Positions 13,585 through 27,400 of a stretch of DNA of 61,439 nucleotides are shown piece by piece. A program made the position numbers and the translations under genes. The DNA lies in the NCBI RefSeq assembly GCF_001194135.2, contig NC_068991.1:21659996-21721434 (forward strand), given 5' to 3'. A model generated the notes under the pieces. It was given only the letters and a program-made list of their open reading frames with translations, did not search any database and was not told where the DNA came from. This DNA comes from Octopus bimaculoides (lineage: Eukaryota). How positions within the stretch are numbered: the first letter of the stretch is position 1; the number at the start of each line of letters is the position of its first letter.

Positions 13585-16500
13585 CCTTTTGTTGTTCTCT
13601 GTAATCATTTCTTGCCAAGAAATTTTCTGATAGCTCTGCACTTTTAAAAACATGCAAAACACTCTGGCTTGAGAAAAACAAGTAAGCATTAATAACATCT
13701 AGCAGTAAACCAAAACATCAAAACACATGTAAAAACATATGAACTGAACGACAAAACCAGCAAATGTTTATTACTTACCGATACGACAGACTATATCTTT
13801 CCATTATGAAAGCTATTACCATGGCAGCACTGGTAAGAGAAAAAAAGTAAAAATAAATATAAAATCATATATATGCACACACATGAATGTATGTATGCTT
13901 GCATATAAATAACCTGTTTAAAATAAATACAATAAATATTTGAGAGACAGCAATAATAATGAAAAAAATGGCATCGGAGAGGTGATGCATATCCTGTGCG
14001 CACACAAGGATAAAACAAAATTTAATTTGATAATCTCAGACAAATTCATATTTCGACAAAAGAGTTATTTCTCCAGCGTAACGTTTATGCCTATGTAAAT
14101 AAAGTAAAACATTTTGATTCACCAAACCAAAATCTAATGAGTTCAAGCCACTCACCCAATGAGTATTTCTGCCAAATTTGGAGAAAATCTGTTCAGCCTT
14201 TTCCCAGTAATTTTGCAAACACACAGACAATGATGAGCGACTACAACACTCTGCTTTCACTTATGCGCACAGGGTAACAAATTACATGTTTGTGGCAATA
14301 GAAATGTTAGCAATGGTAGTGAAGGCAGGTGTATGGGTGTGTGTGGGGGAAGTGGGTAATAGTAAATTAATGACGACAGTGATGAGTGGTGGTGGTGGTA
14401 AAGTTATTGCTCATATATAATACCACTTTTCTGAAGATAAGCAATAATAACTCAAACTGTTCGTTGCGAACTGCCGGTGTACAATACAGTAAATGCTGGG
14501 AGGAACCACCAGCCAACTGTATATACATCTGCTACTCAGATTAAATGTTCCAAGGATGGGTTGTGAGAAATTCTGGATCTGGCATTACTGACTGTGCCTT
14601 CAAAGACAAGGCAGCCTGTATGTAGTCATTCAAATTGTCAGGAATAGCCGCTAAATATCCCTGAAGTCACCCTTACCTCATATAGGTATGGCTGTGTTAA
14701 GAAGTCAGCACTATTTTACTTTGGGCAGGTGTTTTCTACTATAACCCCATTATATATATGTGTGTGCATGACTGTGTATCTTTGTCTTAACATCAGACAG
14801 TTTGACATTTTTTACAAAAATATTTACGGATTAATATAGGTTGTATGGGTTTTTTTTACCTTCTTGATATGCCAGCATTTCCATGCACAAGAGCCCGGCC
14901 ACCTTGTCGAAAGCAGTCATCTAGAAAGTCCTTCACCTGTGAAAAATATGGAACCGACTATTAAAGATATTGAAGTGAAACAGAATCAATATAGATTAGA
15001 GTAAATAGCAGAAGAATCCATAGAAACTAGAGTTGGTCTGTATCAGCAAATAGTAAGTATGAAATGTTTACACACTTTTGCTATGAGGAAAAGAAGTCTA
15101 ACATTTCTCCAACAAAGGAACAATCTTACCAATAAAACATTAGATTTTATCTCTTTCTTGCAGCAACATTATTTATTCCAGTTTTGGAATTTTTCTATTA
15201 AAGGTATTGTGTAATCTTTTAAAACATATTCTATACATGAATATTTACCATTTTTTAGCTGGATTACAAGTAGACTGAATAACAACTAATCTATTTTATA
15301 TACATACACATATCCCTTTGGAAGTGCTTTCTTAATAATAATAATCCTTTCTATTAAAGGCAAAAGGCCTGAAACTTTAGGGGAGGTAGTTAGTTGATTA
15401 CATCAACCCCAGAGCTCAACTGATACTTATTTCATCAGCCATGAAAGGATGAAAGGCAAAGTCAACCTCATTAGAATTAGAATTCAGAACATAAAGACCA
15501 ACTTGGCAAACTATTTAATTTTACCAAGTACTTTTTCAGCACTACATTATTTCTTTCCTTGGAAAGGCTGAAGGAAAGTGGAATCATATGCCTTGTCTAA
15601 GGGTACAATAGTTGTAGCATGGTTCTTTTTTATTTCCGATAAACATCCAAATAACTGACTGATCAACTGGGGAGTCACCACACTCACGTTTGGCATACCA
15701 GAAATCATAGCAGCTATCAAATCTTCATCAGAACCATCTAACCATCTGAATAAAGTAGTCCTTGATACATTATGCCTAAAAAGAAAAAGACTAAACATGC
15801 CTGGAATGCCTTTCAATATAATACTTGCCCAGTGAGGGTTGAAAATAGGGGTTAACTCTTTGTTACCATATTTCTGTTAAAATATACTGCCTCTGCCTCA
15901 ATTATTACTGAAAATAATGAAGACCTTAGTAAAATAACCTTGTCATTATTAGGCTGGTGTTTGGAACATAAACTACCCAAAAATATTGACGGGATGTTTT
16001 AATTTAGATCACTTTTGAGACAGTGAGCTAGCAGAATAGTTTATGCAGCAGACAAAATGCTTAGCAGCATTCCATCCAGCAATTTCTGTTCTGACTTCAA
16101 TTCCCATTGGTTTTCATCCTCTCAAGGTCAATAAAATAAAGTATCAGTCAAGAATGAGATTCAGTGTAATCAACAAACCCCTTGCTCATAAAACCGTTGA
16201 CCTTGTGCCAAAAATTTGAGACAATTTAGATGATTTTAAAACAGAGAAACCAAAGCACAGTCTCAAGAAGACTGGTATCAAAAGGGTTAAACAATAACGT
16301 TGTCCAACACTAAAAGTAACAAAGAAGGAAAAACAACTGAAATAACAGAAAATGAATAAATTCATACCTTTTTGAAATGTTGAATAATATTTTCTGTGGG
16401 TTTATCAGCAATATTGAGCAGTAAATATCTACAAAGAAAGAAAAAATAATATTAACACAACAAACAATAATATATCATCATTGTTTTTACATCCATTTTG

Positions 16501-17153
16501 CTAAGCTGGCATGGGTTAGATGAAACACATTGAAGGAGATTATCTGCAGTTGGGTACTCTTTCTATCACCAGTTCTATCAAGTAGAGTAGTTTTTATTCC
16601 ACCATCGTCTGCTCACATTGGGCTAATGATGTTGACATACGGAAGTGACATTTATATACAAAGACTCTCTCTCTCTCTTTCTCACACACACACACACACA
16701 CACATATATTTAGATCATTATCACCATTTTAACATCCACTTTTCCACACTTGCAATGGGTAATATGGAATTATATATATATATATATCAGTCATTTGACT
16801 GTGGCCATGCTGGAGTACTGCCCTTAGTCAAGCAAATCGACCCCAGGTCTTACTCTTTGGAAGCCTAGTATTTATTCTATCAGTCTTTTACCGAACCGCT
16901 AAGTTACAGGGATGTAAACACACCAGCATCAGTTGTCAAGCGATGTTGGAGGGACAAACACAGACACACACATACATATATATACGACAGGCTTCTTCCA
17001 GCTTCCATCTACCAAATCCACCCACAAGGCTTTGGTCGGCCCAAGGCTACAGTAGAAGATATTTGCCCAAGGCACCATGCAGTGGGACTGAACCTGGAAC
17101 CATGTGGTTGGTAAGCAAGCTACTTACCACACAGCCACTTCTGCACCTATGTA

Positions 17154-17227
<74 letters not shown>

Positions 17228-18370
17228 AATATATTAATGTTTTTCCATGTCAGCATGGATTTGAAAACAGCATGTTGACAGGATTTTGCAGCTGGATGTT
17301 CTTCCTGGTACCAACTCCTACAATTTTCAAGCAAGGAATTTTTTTTTTTTATTTCAAAGGTCTTTGAAAGTACAGACCAACATGTCATAATGTGAACAAA
17401 GAATGCCAGCATCACTTACCTCAACTTGTGATAAGCATAGAATATCAACATTCATACACACACATATGATCGACTTCCAGCAGTTTCCACCTATCAAATT
17501 CCTTCACACGGCATTTGTCAGACAAGGACTATAATAGAGAGTACTTATCTAAGGGGCTGTGCAGTAGAACTGAACTGAAAATCATGAGGTTAAGAAGTGA
17601 ACTCAACCATAAAGCTATGCATGCACCTATTACATATACACCACCACCACGATCATTAAACATTCGTCTTCCTTTCTGGATTGACAGGAGCTAGCTAACT
17701 AGAAGGCTGCACCAGGTTTTACTGCGGCTTAGCATGGTTTTTACGGCTGGATTACCTCCTTATTACCAACTACCTTACAGATTGGACTAAGTGCTTTATA
17801 TATAATAGGCAGAGAGGCACTCTCATACATATGCATACATATGCAATCTTGCTTTTAATAGAAATACTCACACAAAATGCTGCAGGAAATTTGGACGGAT
17901 GAAACGAGCTTCTACATCTTGCCGAATACAGACAATGTGTGTGATTCCATGTTTCTTTAGAGTCTCATACTAGAAGAATACAGAGAGAGAAAGTGGGAAA
18001 CATAAGAAAATATGTTGCAATAACATTAACAACAAATTTATTAAATAAATGACTAAAAATAAATTATTAATGAGGTGATAATTCTTCAAACAATTAACAT
18101 CTTTAGTGATGAACATCATCATCACTGTTTCAAGCTTGCATGGGTGTCAATTGGAATTTAAAGCAGATTTTCTACAGCTGGATGCCATTCCTGTAGCCAA
18201 CAGCCACCTGTTTCCAAGTAAAATAATATTCCATTATTTACAACTGATGAATATTTGTCCTCATCTTGTTTGCTGTTAACACAACGTTTTGGCTGATATA
18301 CCCTCCAGCCTTCATCAGGTGTCTTGGGGAAATTTCGAACCTGGGTTCTCTTTCCTGGGGTATTTTTCAA

Positions 18371-18406
<36 letters not shown>

Positions 18407-21400
18407 AGTTACTGCCTGGAATTGAGCTCAGAATCTTGGGGTTAGCAGCAGCAGCAGCACTGCCGCCACTGCCGAAAAATACCTTAAGAATGAGAATCCA
18501 GGTTTGAAATTTCCCCAAAACACCTGATGATAGCTGGAGGGTATATCAGCTGAAATGTTGTGTTAACAACAGACAAGAGGAGGAGAAATACCTGTCAAAT
18601 GTAAATAATGTACATAATTCCTCATCTCTTAAATATAGAACTGTATTAAATAATATTCCTCATGACCAGATCTGTTTTTACAAAAGACTGGAAATGAAGG
18701 GAATGAAGGGCACAGCTTGCATGATGGTGACATTCATTTATAACCATCACATGTCAACACAAGGGGGCAGCAACACACATACACACTCACACATGTGCAT
18801 GCATACACACACACAAATATGCAAGATTGACTTCTTTCAGTTTCCATCTACTAAATCCACACAGAAGTTTTGGCTGACCTGGAGTTATAGTAGAAGACAC
18901 TTGCCCAAGAGGCTATGCCATGGGACTGAAACCAAGACCATATGGTTGGAAATCTAACTTCTTATTTCTTTACTGCCCACAAGGGGCTACACACAGAGGG
19001 GACAAACAAGGACATACAAATGGATTAAGTCGATTATATCGACCCCAGTGCGTAACTGGTACTTATTTAATCGACCCCGAAAGGATGAAAGGCAAAGTGG
19101 ACCTCGGCGGAATTTGAACTCAGAACGTAATGGCTGACGAAATACCGCTAAGCATTTTGCCCGACGTGCTAACGCTTCTGCCAGCTCACCGCCTTCTAAC
19201 TTCTTACCACATTCCCACACCTGCAACTCACAAATTTTTAATATTTAATAACTCCACAATGGTTCAATTTATTTGAATTCCGGTTATTATCAGGCAATCT
19301 GGATGTATACGTACAAAGTTGCACACTAGATTCAAACTAAGAATCTGTATTTCTAAACAAAGAGTAAAAAAATAGCCATCTACATAGTGTACTTAAGATA
19401 AATACACCATTGACAGGCAAAGTACTACAGTTTACATCTGGAATAAAATCTCCTTTACATATACTGTGTTAAAACAATATATATTTTCAAGGGATATGAA
19501 AAATCTCACATTGGTAAAAAAAAACCTTAAACACATAAAGAAAGAGGTATAGTTGATTGAATTAACCATAGTGTCCTTTTTCTGCCTTTTTTATGTCTAC
19601 AGTAATAGATTCTATTCTCCTTAGAGCTGTATGGGCTCACATCATCTCATCTTAGCTATTTTCAGCACTCATCTCCTTTCTACTTATCATCTTTGCTATG
19701 TTCAACTCAAACAAGTTCCACAGTAATCACTATATTTAATACTTCCTTCCCAAAACATTAATCCTCTAGAAATCCCTCCCTATTCATGTCAATCATGCAT
19801 TGAGGAACATTAGTGGTATCAATCTCACCAGTCTAGCGGGACCTGTGAAGGCTATGGGCACAGCCTCTTCCTCCAGGCCTAACAAATTAGAAGAAAAGAA
19901 TAAAAGACTTATTTATTATTGATGAACAGTAAACCTGACTCCAGGACCCAAATGGATTTTACTGTAGAACATAAAGGGCTGTAACTAAATGAACCACATG
20001 GTATTTTGTTTAAGCTCTGATATGTCTCCATTTTATAGGTTTGCATTAAAGATAATGATTTTTAAATCTAACACAAGACCACAGACCCCTCTACTCCTTT
20101 CCTGGCTAGAAGGGCAAGTACTTACTTTGTTCTTCATGGCAGCAGCATACGGTCCAAGAAACAGTCCAGGGACAATTTCCTGTATGAAAGAGAATATAAG
20201 CTTAGCATAAGTAATAGTATCGACAATAGTGGTGATGTTTGTGGTGATGATATTTATGGTGATGGTAGTGGTGGTAGTATAGATGTGTTGGTTATCAGCC
20301 TCACCTTGGCCCTAATCAAACAGACTTACAATCAAAGATATTCTAACCATAGCTGACTTGTCTTTTATTCAAACATAATGTACTGAGGACTACAATATCC
20401 AATGTGTCCTCCAACAGAGGGGAAATTTGGCTGATGCTCCTCATGGGATTTTGAGGTGTTGTGATGGTGAAAGCAAAGATGGTATTATTATTGTAAAGTT
20501 AGTGGTGGTGGTGGTGATTGTTGTTTAGCTCCAGGTTATCCCTACCTACCAGGCTTATGATCAAAAGTATTTCAGCAATGACCATTTTGTTTTTCATCCA
20601 GGGACAGTGCAGGCAAAATCACATAATCCTATGTGTCATTTTGCTCAAAGATAATAGGGCATAACTTGAGATTTGGCAGTTATCTCTAGCATGTCAAGCT
20701 TCACCTCTTGCTGATAATATTAGTGTTGGTTGAAAAGAGATGATAATAAGTGTTGGTATATAATAATTAACTATGTGTATTTAATTGCTGTCATGGTAAG
20801 GAGATGAAGTGGAAGTAGGAAAGTGTCAAACAACTAATGAACACGTTATTTACATTATTTACATTTGACATATATTTGTCTTCATCTTGTTTGTTGTTAA
20901 CACAACATTTCGGCTGATATACCCTCCAGCCTTCATCAGGTGTCTTGGGGAAATTTCGAACCTGGGTTCTCATTCCTAAGGTATTTTTCAATTTTATTAT
21001 TATCATCACCATTATTCAGGTCATTGCCTGGAATCAAACTTGGAATCTTGGGGTTAGTAGCCCATGCTCTTAACCACTATACCATATGCCCGTGGGCAAT
21101 TATGGAGTGAATTTTAGGGCATATAAATCTAATATTCTCCTATCCTTCCTTAATACTGGTTCCCATATGCTGTTCATATCTGAACTCGGTCTGCTTAGGA
21201 GGTTGTTGTGTCCTAGCATATGGTGCTGCTTCTTTTAGTTTTCGTATTTTCCAGTGGTTGTTCTCTGTCTATCATTTTAACTTCATCCCACAGAGGGAGA
21301 TGGTCTCCTTTTTCCATACATGATCAGCTATACTCGATTTATCAATATCTCCCTGTGTCACAGCTTTGCGATGTTCCTCTACCCTTATTTTGAGGGGGCG

Positions 21401-24400
21401 GCATATTTCATCTTTGTATAACCTACCACAGCTGCATCAGATGGAGTACACGCAGTTCTTGGTCATATTCTCTTCTACTGGTGGTTTTAGTCAAAGGAGA
21501 TATTTGCGAAGTGCTGTATTACTCTTGAATACTGTCCTGATGTCATATAGGCCGAATATCTTTTGTAGCTTTTCGGAGAGGCCTTTCACATAGGGTAGAC
21601 AGACTGTGGACAGTTTATTGGTTTCATCTTCTCTTTTCTTCATAATTGGGATGGATAGTATATATATAAAGCACTCACTACACTCTCGGGGTGGTTGGCG
21701 TTAGGAAAGGCATCCAGCTGTAGAAACTCTGCCAGATCAGATTGGAGCCTGGTGCAGCCATCTGGTTCGCCAGTCCTCAGTCAANNNNNNNNNNGCCAGA
21801 TCAGATTGGAGCCTGGTGCAGCCATCTGGTTCGCCAGTCCTCAGTCAAATCGTCCAACCCATGCCAGCATGGAAGGCAGACGTTAAACGATGATGATGAT
21901 GATTAACATCAGTTGAAAAGTTATGTTAACAACAAACAAGAGGAGGACAAATATCCATCAAATGTAAATAATGTAAATACTTCCTCATCTCTTAAATATA
22001 GATCTGAACTAATGAACAGCAAGTAGGTGACAGAAGAAGCAAAAGGAAAGTAAGTGGAAGGTTGAAGTATTTGACATACTGTTGTGACTGATAGTCAATC
22101 AGTGAGTGACAAAGAGAGAGTTAAAGTGAGAGTAGGTTAGAATTAAGAAGTTAGCTTTATGTTGCATGATGCAGGATGAGAAATAAGAACTATCATAATA
22201 TATTAATGAATAATAATGGCAAACAAGTAAATCTTTATGACTCAGTTTTACTATGAATATTGTGGAAAAAAGGAATTCCAAGACTAATAATAATTACAAA
22301 TAAACCTTTCGATATTTTGTAAATAATGCTGTGATCATCATTATCTTTTAAAGTTCATCTTTCATGCTCAATAGTTTGACAGGATCCAATGAGTACAAGG
22401 ACTGCAGCAAACTCCAATGTCTGCTTTGGCATGATTTCTATACCTGGATGCCCTTCCCAATGTCAGCCACTTTACAGAATGTATTGGGTTTCTTTTTTTT
22501 TCTTTTAGTGACACCAGCACTATTGAGGTTGCCATACAATTCAAAAGATTAAGATCCCCTTCAAATGAGTGGGGCTAGAGCAAAGAGAGAGGTAGCTTTA
22601 TGCTGGGAGATGAGAGGTTAAAGCATCAAAGAAGGGGGCTGAACAAAACAGATTTCTTTCTCTAGAAGAGCTACATGACTACTTACAGTATAGAAAAGTA
22701 GGTGGAGTTGGAAAGAGAGATAAAACAGTGGTGTTCAGGTGTCAGGGTGGATTCTCAAGGTACAAGGTGAACAGAAGTGAGTAGAGACAGATGAACAGGG
22801 AGTATAAATGGGTAGCAATAGCAACAGTGTATAGGGAGAGTGGATGATGATTAGAGATAGGAAATGAGAGACAAACAAGAGTTGAGGGGTGATCACTGAT
22901 AATTATACATTGGAGCATAGGGAAGAGGTGATGACTGGGTAGGGTTGAATGGTGGATGTAGTGAATGGTGGATGTAGTGAATGGTGGATGTAGTGAATGG
23001 TGGATGTAGTGAATGGTGGATGTAGTGAATGGTGGATGTAGTGAATGGTGGATGTAGTGAATGGTNNNNNNNNNNTGAATGGTGGATGTAGTGAATGGTG
23101 AACAAGGGTTAAGGGGTGACAGGTGATACATATGAATAGAAGGGAAAGAAGTAAATTCAAGAAAGAAAGTCATTTTTAATGACACACAAGTGTTAATATA
23201 TCATAGTAACCCAACATATTCATCAAGCAGCATACGTTATCACATTAACAAATAGTAATTTTCAGTCTTTTAATTTCATAACAACTCATAATTATATATC
23301 TATTACTTGAGAAGACTCATCAAGTGAAAACATAGTCGTGGTTGTTGCTAGGGTCATATAAATGGGACCCTTGACATCGTAGCCATGGCCATTATCAGTG
23401 TCATGTAAATGGCACCCATTACATTCTTGGAGTGGTTGGCATTAGGGAGGGAATCCAGCGGTAGAAATCATGCCAAATCAGACTGAGATCTGGTACAGCT
23501 CTCTGATTTACCAATTCCAACCAAACCGTCTAACCCATGCTAGCATGTAAAGTGGATGTTAAATGATGATGATATCTATAAGGGCACACAATACCTGCAT
23601 TTCTCTCCTCATCGAGTAAGACCAGTCCTAAAAAATAGAAACATAAAGAAATGCAACTGAGAAGTTTTACAGAAATACAAATTAATTGCTGAAACTTCGA
23701 TGTAACATAAGACATTATTATTAATTTGAGACAGAAAAAAGAAACAGGCCAGTCAATTGGTAGAATTTGAAAGAAAGATCTATTGGTTGCCCAAAGATAT
23801 TCTTATTAATTCCACTACAATAAAACCTCCCACTATTTCATCTTCTAAAATTAAGTACTATAAAGTTGTGCCTGCAATTTTAGCCATACTTCTTTATCTC
23901 TAAGCATAGGTGTGTGGTTCAGGTGATTTGGGTGTTGGGTTCAAAATTATTAGGTAGACGAAAAAATAATTGCATGTGTATGTATGTATACATACAAGCA
24001 CATACACACATGCACAAGGGATAAGATATCTTTCAGGTAATAGTGAACACTAAAGGTTAGAGAGAAAGTTTTAGTCTTGCTGAGGACAAAACAACAGTGC
24101 TAGTGTTGGTACCTTGATAAAGTGCACCCAGTACACTCAGTAAAGTGGTTGGTCAAAGGAAGGAGATCCAACTATAGTAAACCTGGTTAAAATGGAACAT
24201 ATAGGACATGGTCTCTGACCTATCAAAAAGAAAGCTGTAACTCTGAATAATAATTGATACTTCATAATTTCAGACACTTCTTGGATATCAATTAGACCAA
24301 CTGCATTTCCAACACTGAAGTCCTGAACCATGCTAAGACACCCAGTATATTCACCCTGCTCCAGCAGCACCATCTGCACTGGCTTGGTCATGTATATCGC

Positions 24401-27400
24401 ATGCTGGACAGGAGGATCCCAAAAGACCTCTTGTAAGGGGAACTGGCCACCAGCATGAAAGCACAAGGTTGATCTCATCTTGGTTTCAAAGACATCTGCA
24501 AAAGAGATATGAAGTCAATAGATCTGGATGTCCTGAGATGGGAGGAGGTTGCAAATGATCACCCATGCTGAAGACAAATACTGCAAAAGGGGATGAAGTG
24601 AGAGAAAGAGAAACAGGAATTTGCCACCAAGGAAAAGTGCACTCAACAAAAGGAAAAACCAGTAGGGCCAGTAGAGAGCTCCTTTCAAATGCAGTCGCTG
24701 TATGCATGGCTGCCACTCTACAGCTACAACAGATGCTGCACCACTATCAGCAGCTGACACAATTTCATCAGGCACAAATCCATAGTCTCTCGAGAGACCA
24801 TGGATTCCAATACAACTACAGAAGTACCTGTGCATGTCACCGACCATGCCCACAACAGTATTCCCTTTCAATTCCATGGCACCATGAGGCCAGTGACCAG
24901 TTGACAATGCCTCAAATACAGGAATTTCAAATCTGGAGAGCTTGAGCTTAAAGGTCACTTGATAGTAATTCTCAGTAAGCCACATGAGAGGAAGCAGAGT
25001 TTCACTGTAATATGCATGACTACTCTCAACAAGGATTGACTAACATATCCTATGTAGGCAGTAGCATTGATTCTGAGGCTTTGCAGGATGAAGTGAGGTA
25101 GCATGACATATCTTTTGTTGTTCATTAGGATCATCAGAGTCGATAGGAACATGGTGCTTTCACTGTAGGTACCAATGAGCAATCAATCATTTCCCCTGTT
25201 CATCTTCTTGGTCAATGTTCTCATCAGAGAAAAACTAGAGCATAACAGGTTTCATGGGGGTGTTTGATCTTGTTCAGCAAACACTTCAACCAGATCACAT
25301 AAGTCTTACCAGATATGAACTGCCCTCCCCTCACCACCTTGCACTTACACTTGATGTCTTATCTGGCAGTGGATCCTGCCATCTTAAGCCACTTGTTAAT
25401 CACCCTCACCAATTCATTAAAGTTGTTGCTAATGTACTGGAATCAGCCATCCTGACAATGTTTGATCAAAGAGAATGTTTCTTTCTCTGGACCACTGACA
25501 ACATACATAAAATTTTACAACCAAAGGCTTCAAGCTCAAGAAACTAGCCATATTCAGGAACCTTGGAGACATCTGAGTTGCTGTGATTGGTGGCAAGAGC
25601 TATGAATATGTCTTTTCCTGTGTTTTTAAAAATATTTCTTGTCAGATTGGAATCTGCCACACTAAAGTCATCCATATACCCAAAGAAATGAAAGAGCTAA
25701 AATTTGGCATGTGCTGTGTCACACTGCATTTATGGCCTGCGAAAGTTGTATTCACAAATACTCTAAGCACTCTTAATGTGTGTACACACATATATACACA
25801 CAAATGAGTAGTACATAAATATAGATAGATAGATGTGTATATTTATGCACATGTATGGGTGTATGGTCAAGAAGTTTGCTTCCAGCCATGTGGTTTCTGC
25901 TTTAGTTCTACTGCTTGCTACCATCGGCAGAGTGTTTTCTCCTATAGCATTGAACAAACCAAACTGTGTGAGTGTATGTGGTAGGCAAAAACTGAAAGAA
26001 GCCCATTGTGTGTGTCTATCATTATGCTGACATCATATGAGAGTTGTAAATAAGTGTCACAGTCACACAAGGAGTGCCATTCATTTCCAAAATTCTGCAA
26101 AAACATGCCTGGCCAGGGAAAATATTACCTTGCTTGAAAACAGGTAAGGGTTGGCAACAGGAAAGGTATTTGGCCCCATTTTACATCCATTTTCCTGTGC
26201 TACTCTGGACTAGACGAAAATATTTCTGTAGCATTGTTTTATTGCCAGATATCCTTCCTGTTGCTAACCCATTACATGTTTCTGAAGTAAGGGATTCTTA
26301 TTCACACAACTTTGAAGGCGTGAAGGGAATGGACGATTTCTTGATAATGCCAATAATATCACCGTTCATAGCACGTTACTTTCAGAGAAGCACAAATGTA
26401 AACAAACACACAGACGTGTGCGTGCAATCACACGCGTGCACGCACACAAGCTTCTTTCTGTCAGTCATATCCAATCACAAGGCTTTGGTTGACTTGGGGC
26501 TGTAGAAGACACTTGGGCAAGACTTCCTTGTGTACCCCCNNNNNNNNNNNNNNNNNNNNNNNNNNNNNNNNNNNNNNNNNNNNNNNNNNNNNNNNNNNNN
26601 NNNNNNNNNNNNNNNNNNNNNNNNNNNNNNNNNNNNNNNNNNNNNNNNNNNNNNNNNNNNNNNNNNNNNNNNNNNNNNNNNNNNNNNNNNNNNNNNNNNN
26701 NNNNNNNNNNNNNNNNNNNNNNNNNNNNNNNNNNNNNNNNNNNNNNNNNNNNNNNNNNNNNNNNNNNNNNNNNNNNNNNNNNNNNNNNNNNNNNNNNNNN
26801 NNNNNNNNNNNNNNNNNNNNNNNNNNNNNNNNNNNNNNNNNNNNNNNNNNNNNNNNNNNNNNNNNNNNNNNNNNNNNNNNNNNNNNNNNNNNNNNNNNNN
26901 NNNNNNNNNNNNNNNNNNNNNNNNNNNNNNNNNNNNNNNNNNNNNNNNAAAAAAAAAAAAAAAAAAAAAAACAATAATTTGCGAGAAAACAGGGTTGGGG
27001 GGGAGAAAGTCTTTGCAGACTTGTTCCAGGTGCCTGTTTCAGCAATTTCTGTAAATGTTTTTTATTTCTTTATTTTCAGCCGAATCGTTTGTTTATATAT
27101 TTGAGTGTATGTGTGCGCGCGGTATGTATGTATGTATGCGTTTATGTGCATGTATGTATATTTGAGAATGTATTTGTATACACATACAAATATACATACT
27201 TACATATATAAACACATAATGCACACATAAAAGATACATAAAATAAACGATTCACTTGAAGAAAAGTTTATTCACGGCAGTTACCTCACAAATACTTTCA
27301 CTTTTAAAATACTTTCTCTGAAAAATTGCCACGAGAGAAAGATTTGGTCATATACACGGGAGCAATAGAACTCAAATATATAAAGTATATATTTATTCGC

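Larger units (their letters stand above)
18233..18647. mobile_element. Non-autonomous Penelope derivative with two inverted pLTRs and a 12-bp target-site duplication
   Basis: AAATAATATTCC at 18221-18232 and 18648-18659; pLTR(-) ~18233-18370 and pLTR(+) ~18473-18645. Confidence 0.8.

Noticed and set aside
14945-15203. Plus-strand exon-like pair inside a STYX intron (donor 15053, acceptor 15163)
   Set aside because: The upstream piece lacks a proper acceptor, the peptide is unrecognisable, and such signals arise by chance in AT-rich DNA
17420-17424. 5-nt microexon candidate (ag|TTGAG|gtaagt, minus strand) in STYX intron 4
   Set aside because: Breaks the frame with both exon 5 and exon 5b; no other support
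21020-21091. tRNA gene
   Set aside because: Acceptor stem does not pair and the boxes are decayed; it is TE-embedded. SINE heads elsewhere were rejected for the same reason
22742-23185. Repetitive His/Pro/Thr ORFs and CRISPR-like periodicity
   Set aside because: Translation of a 16-bp minisatellite with no unique spacers; eukaryotic context and no cas genes
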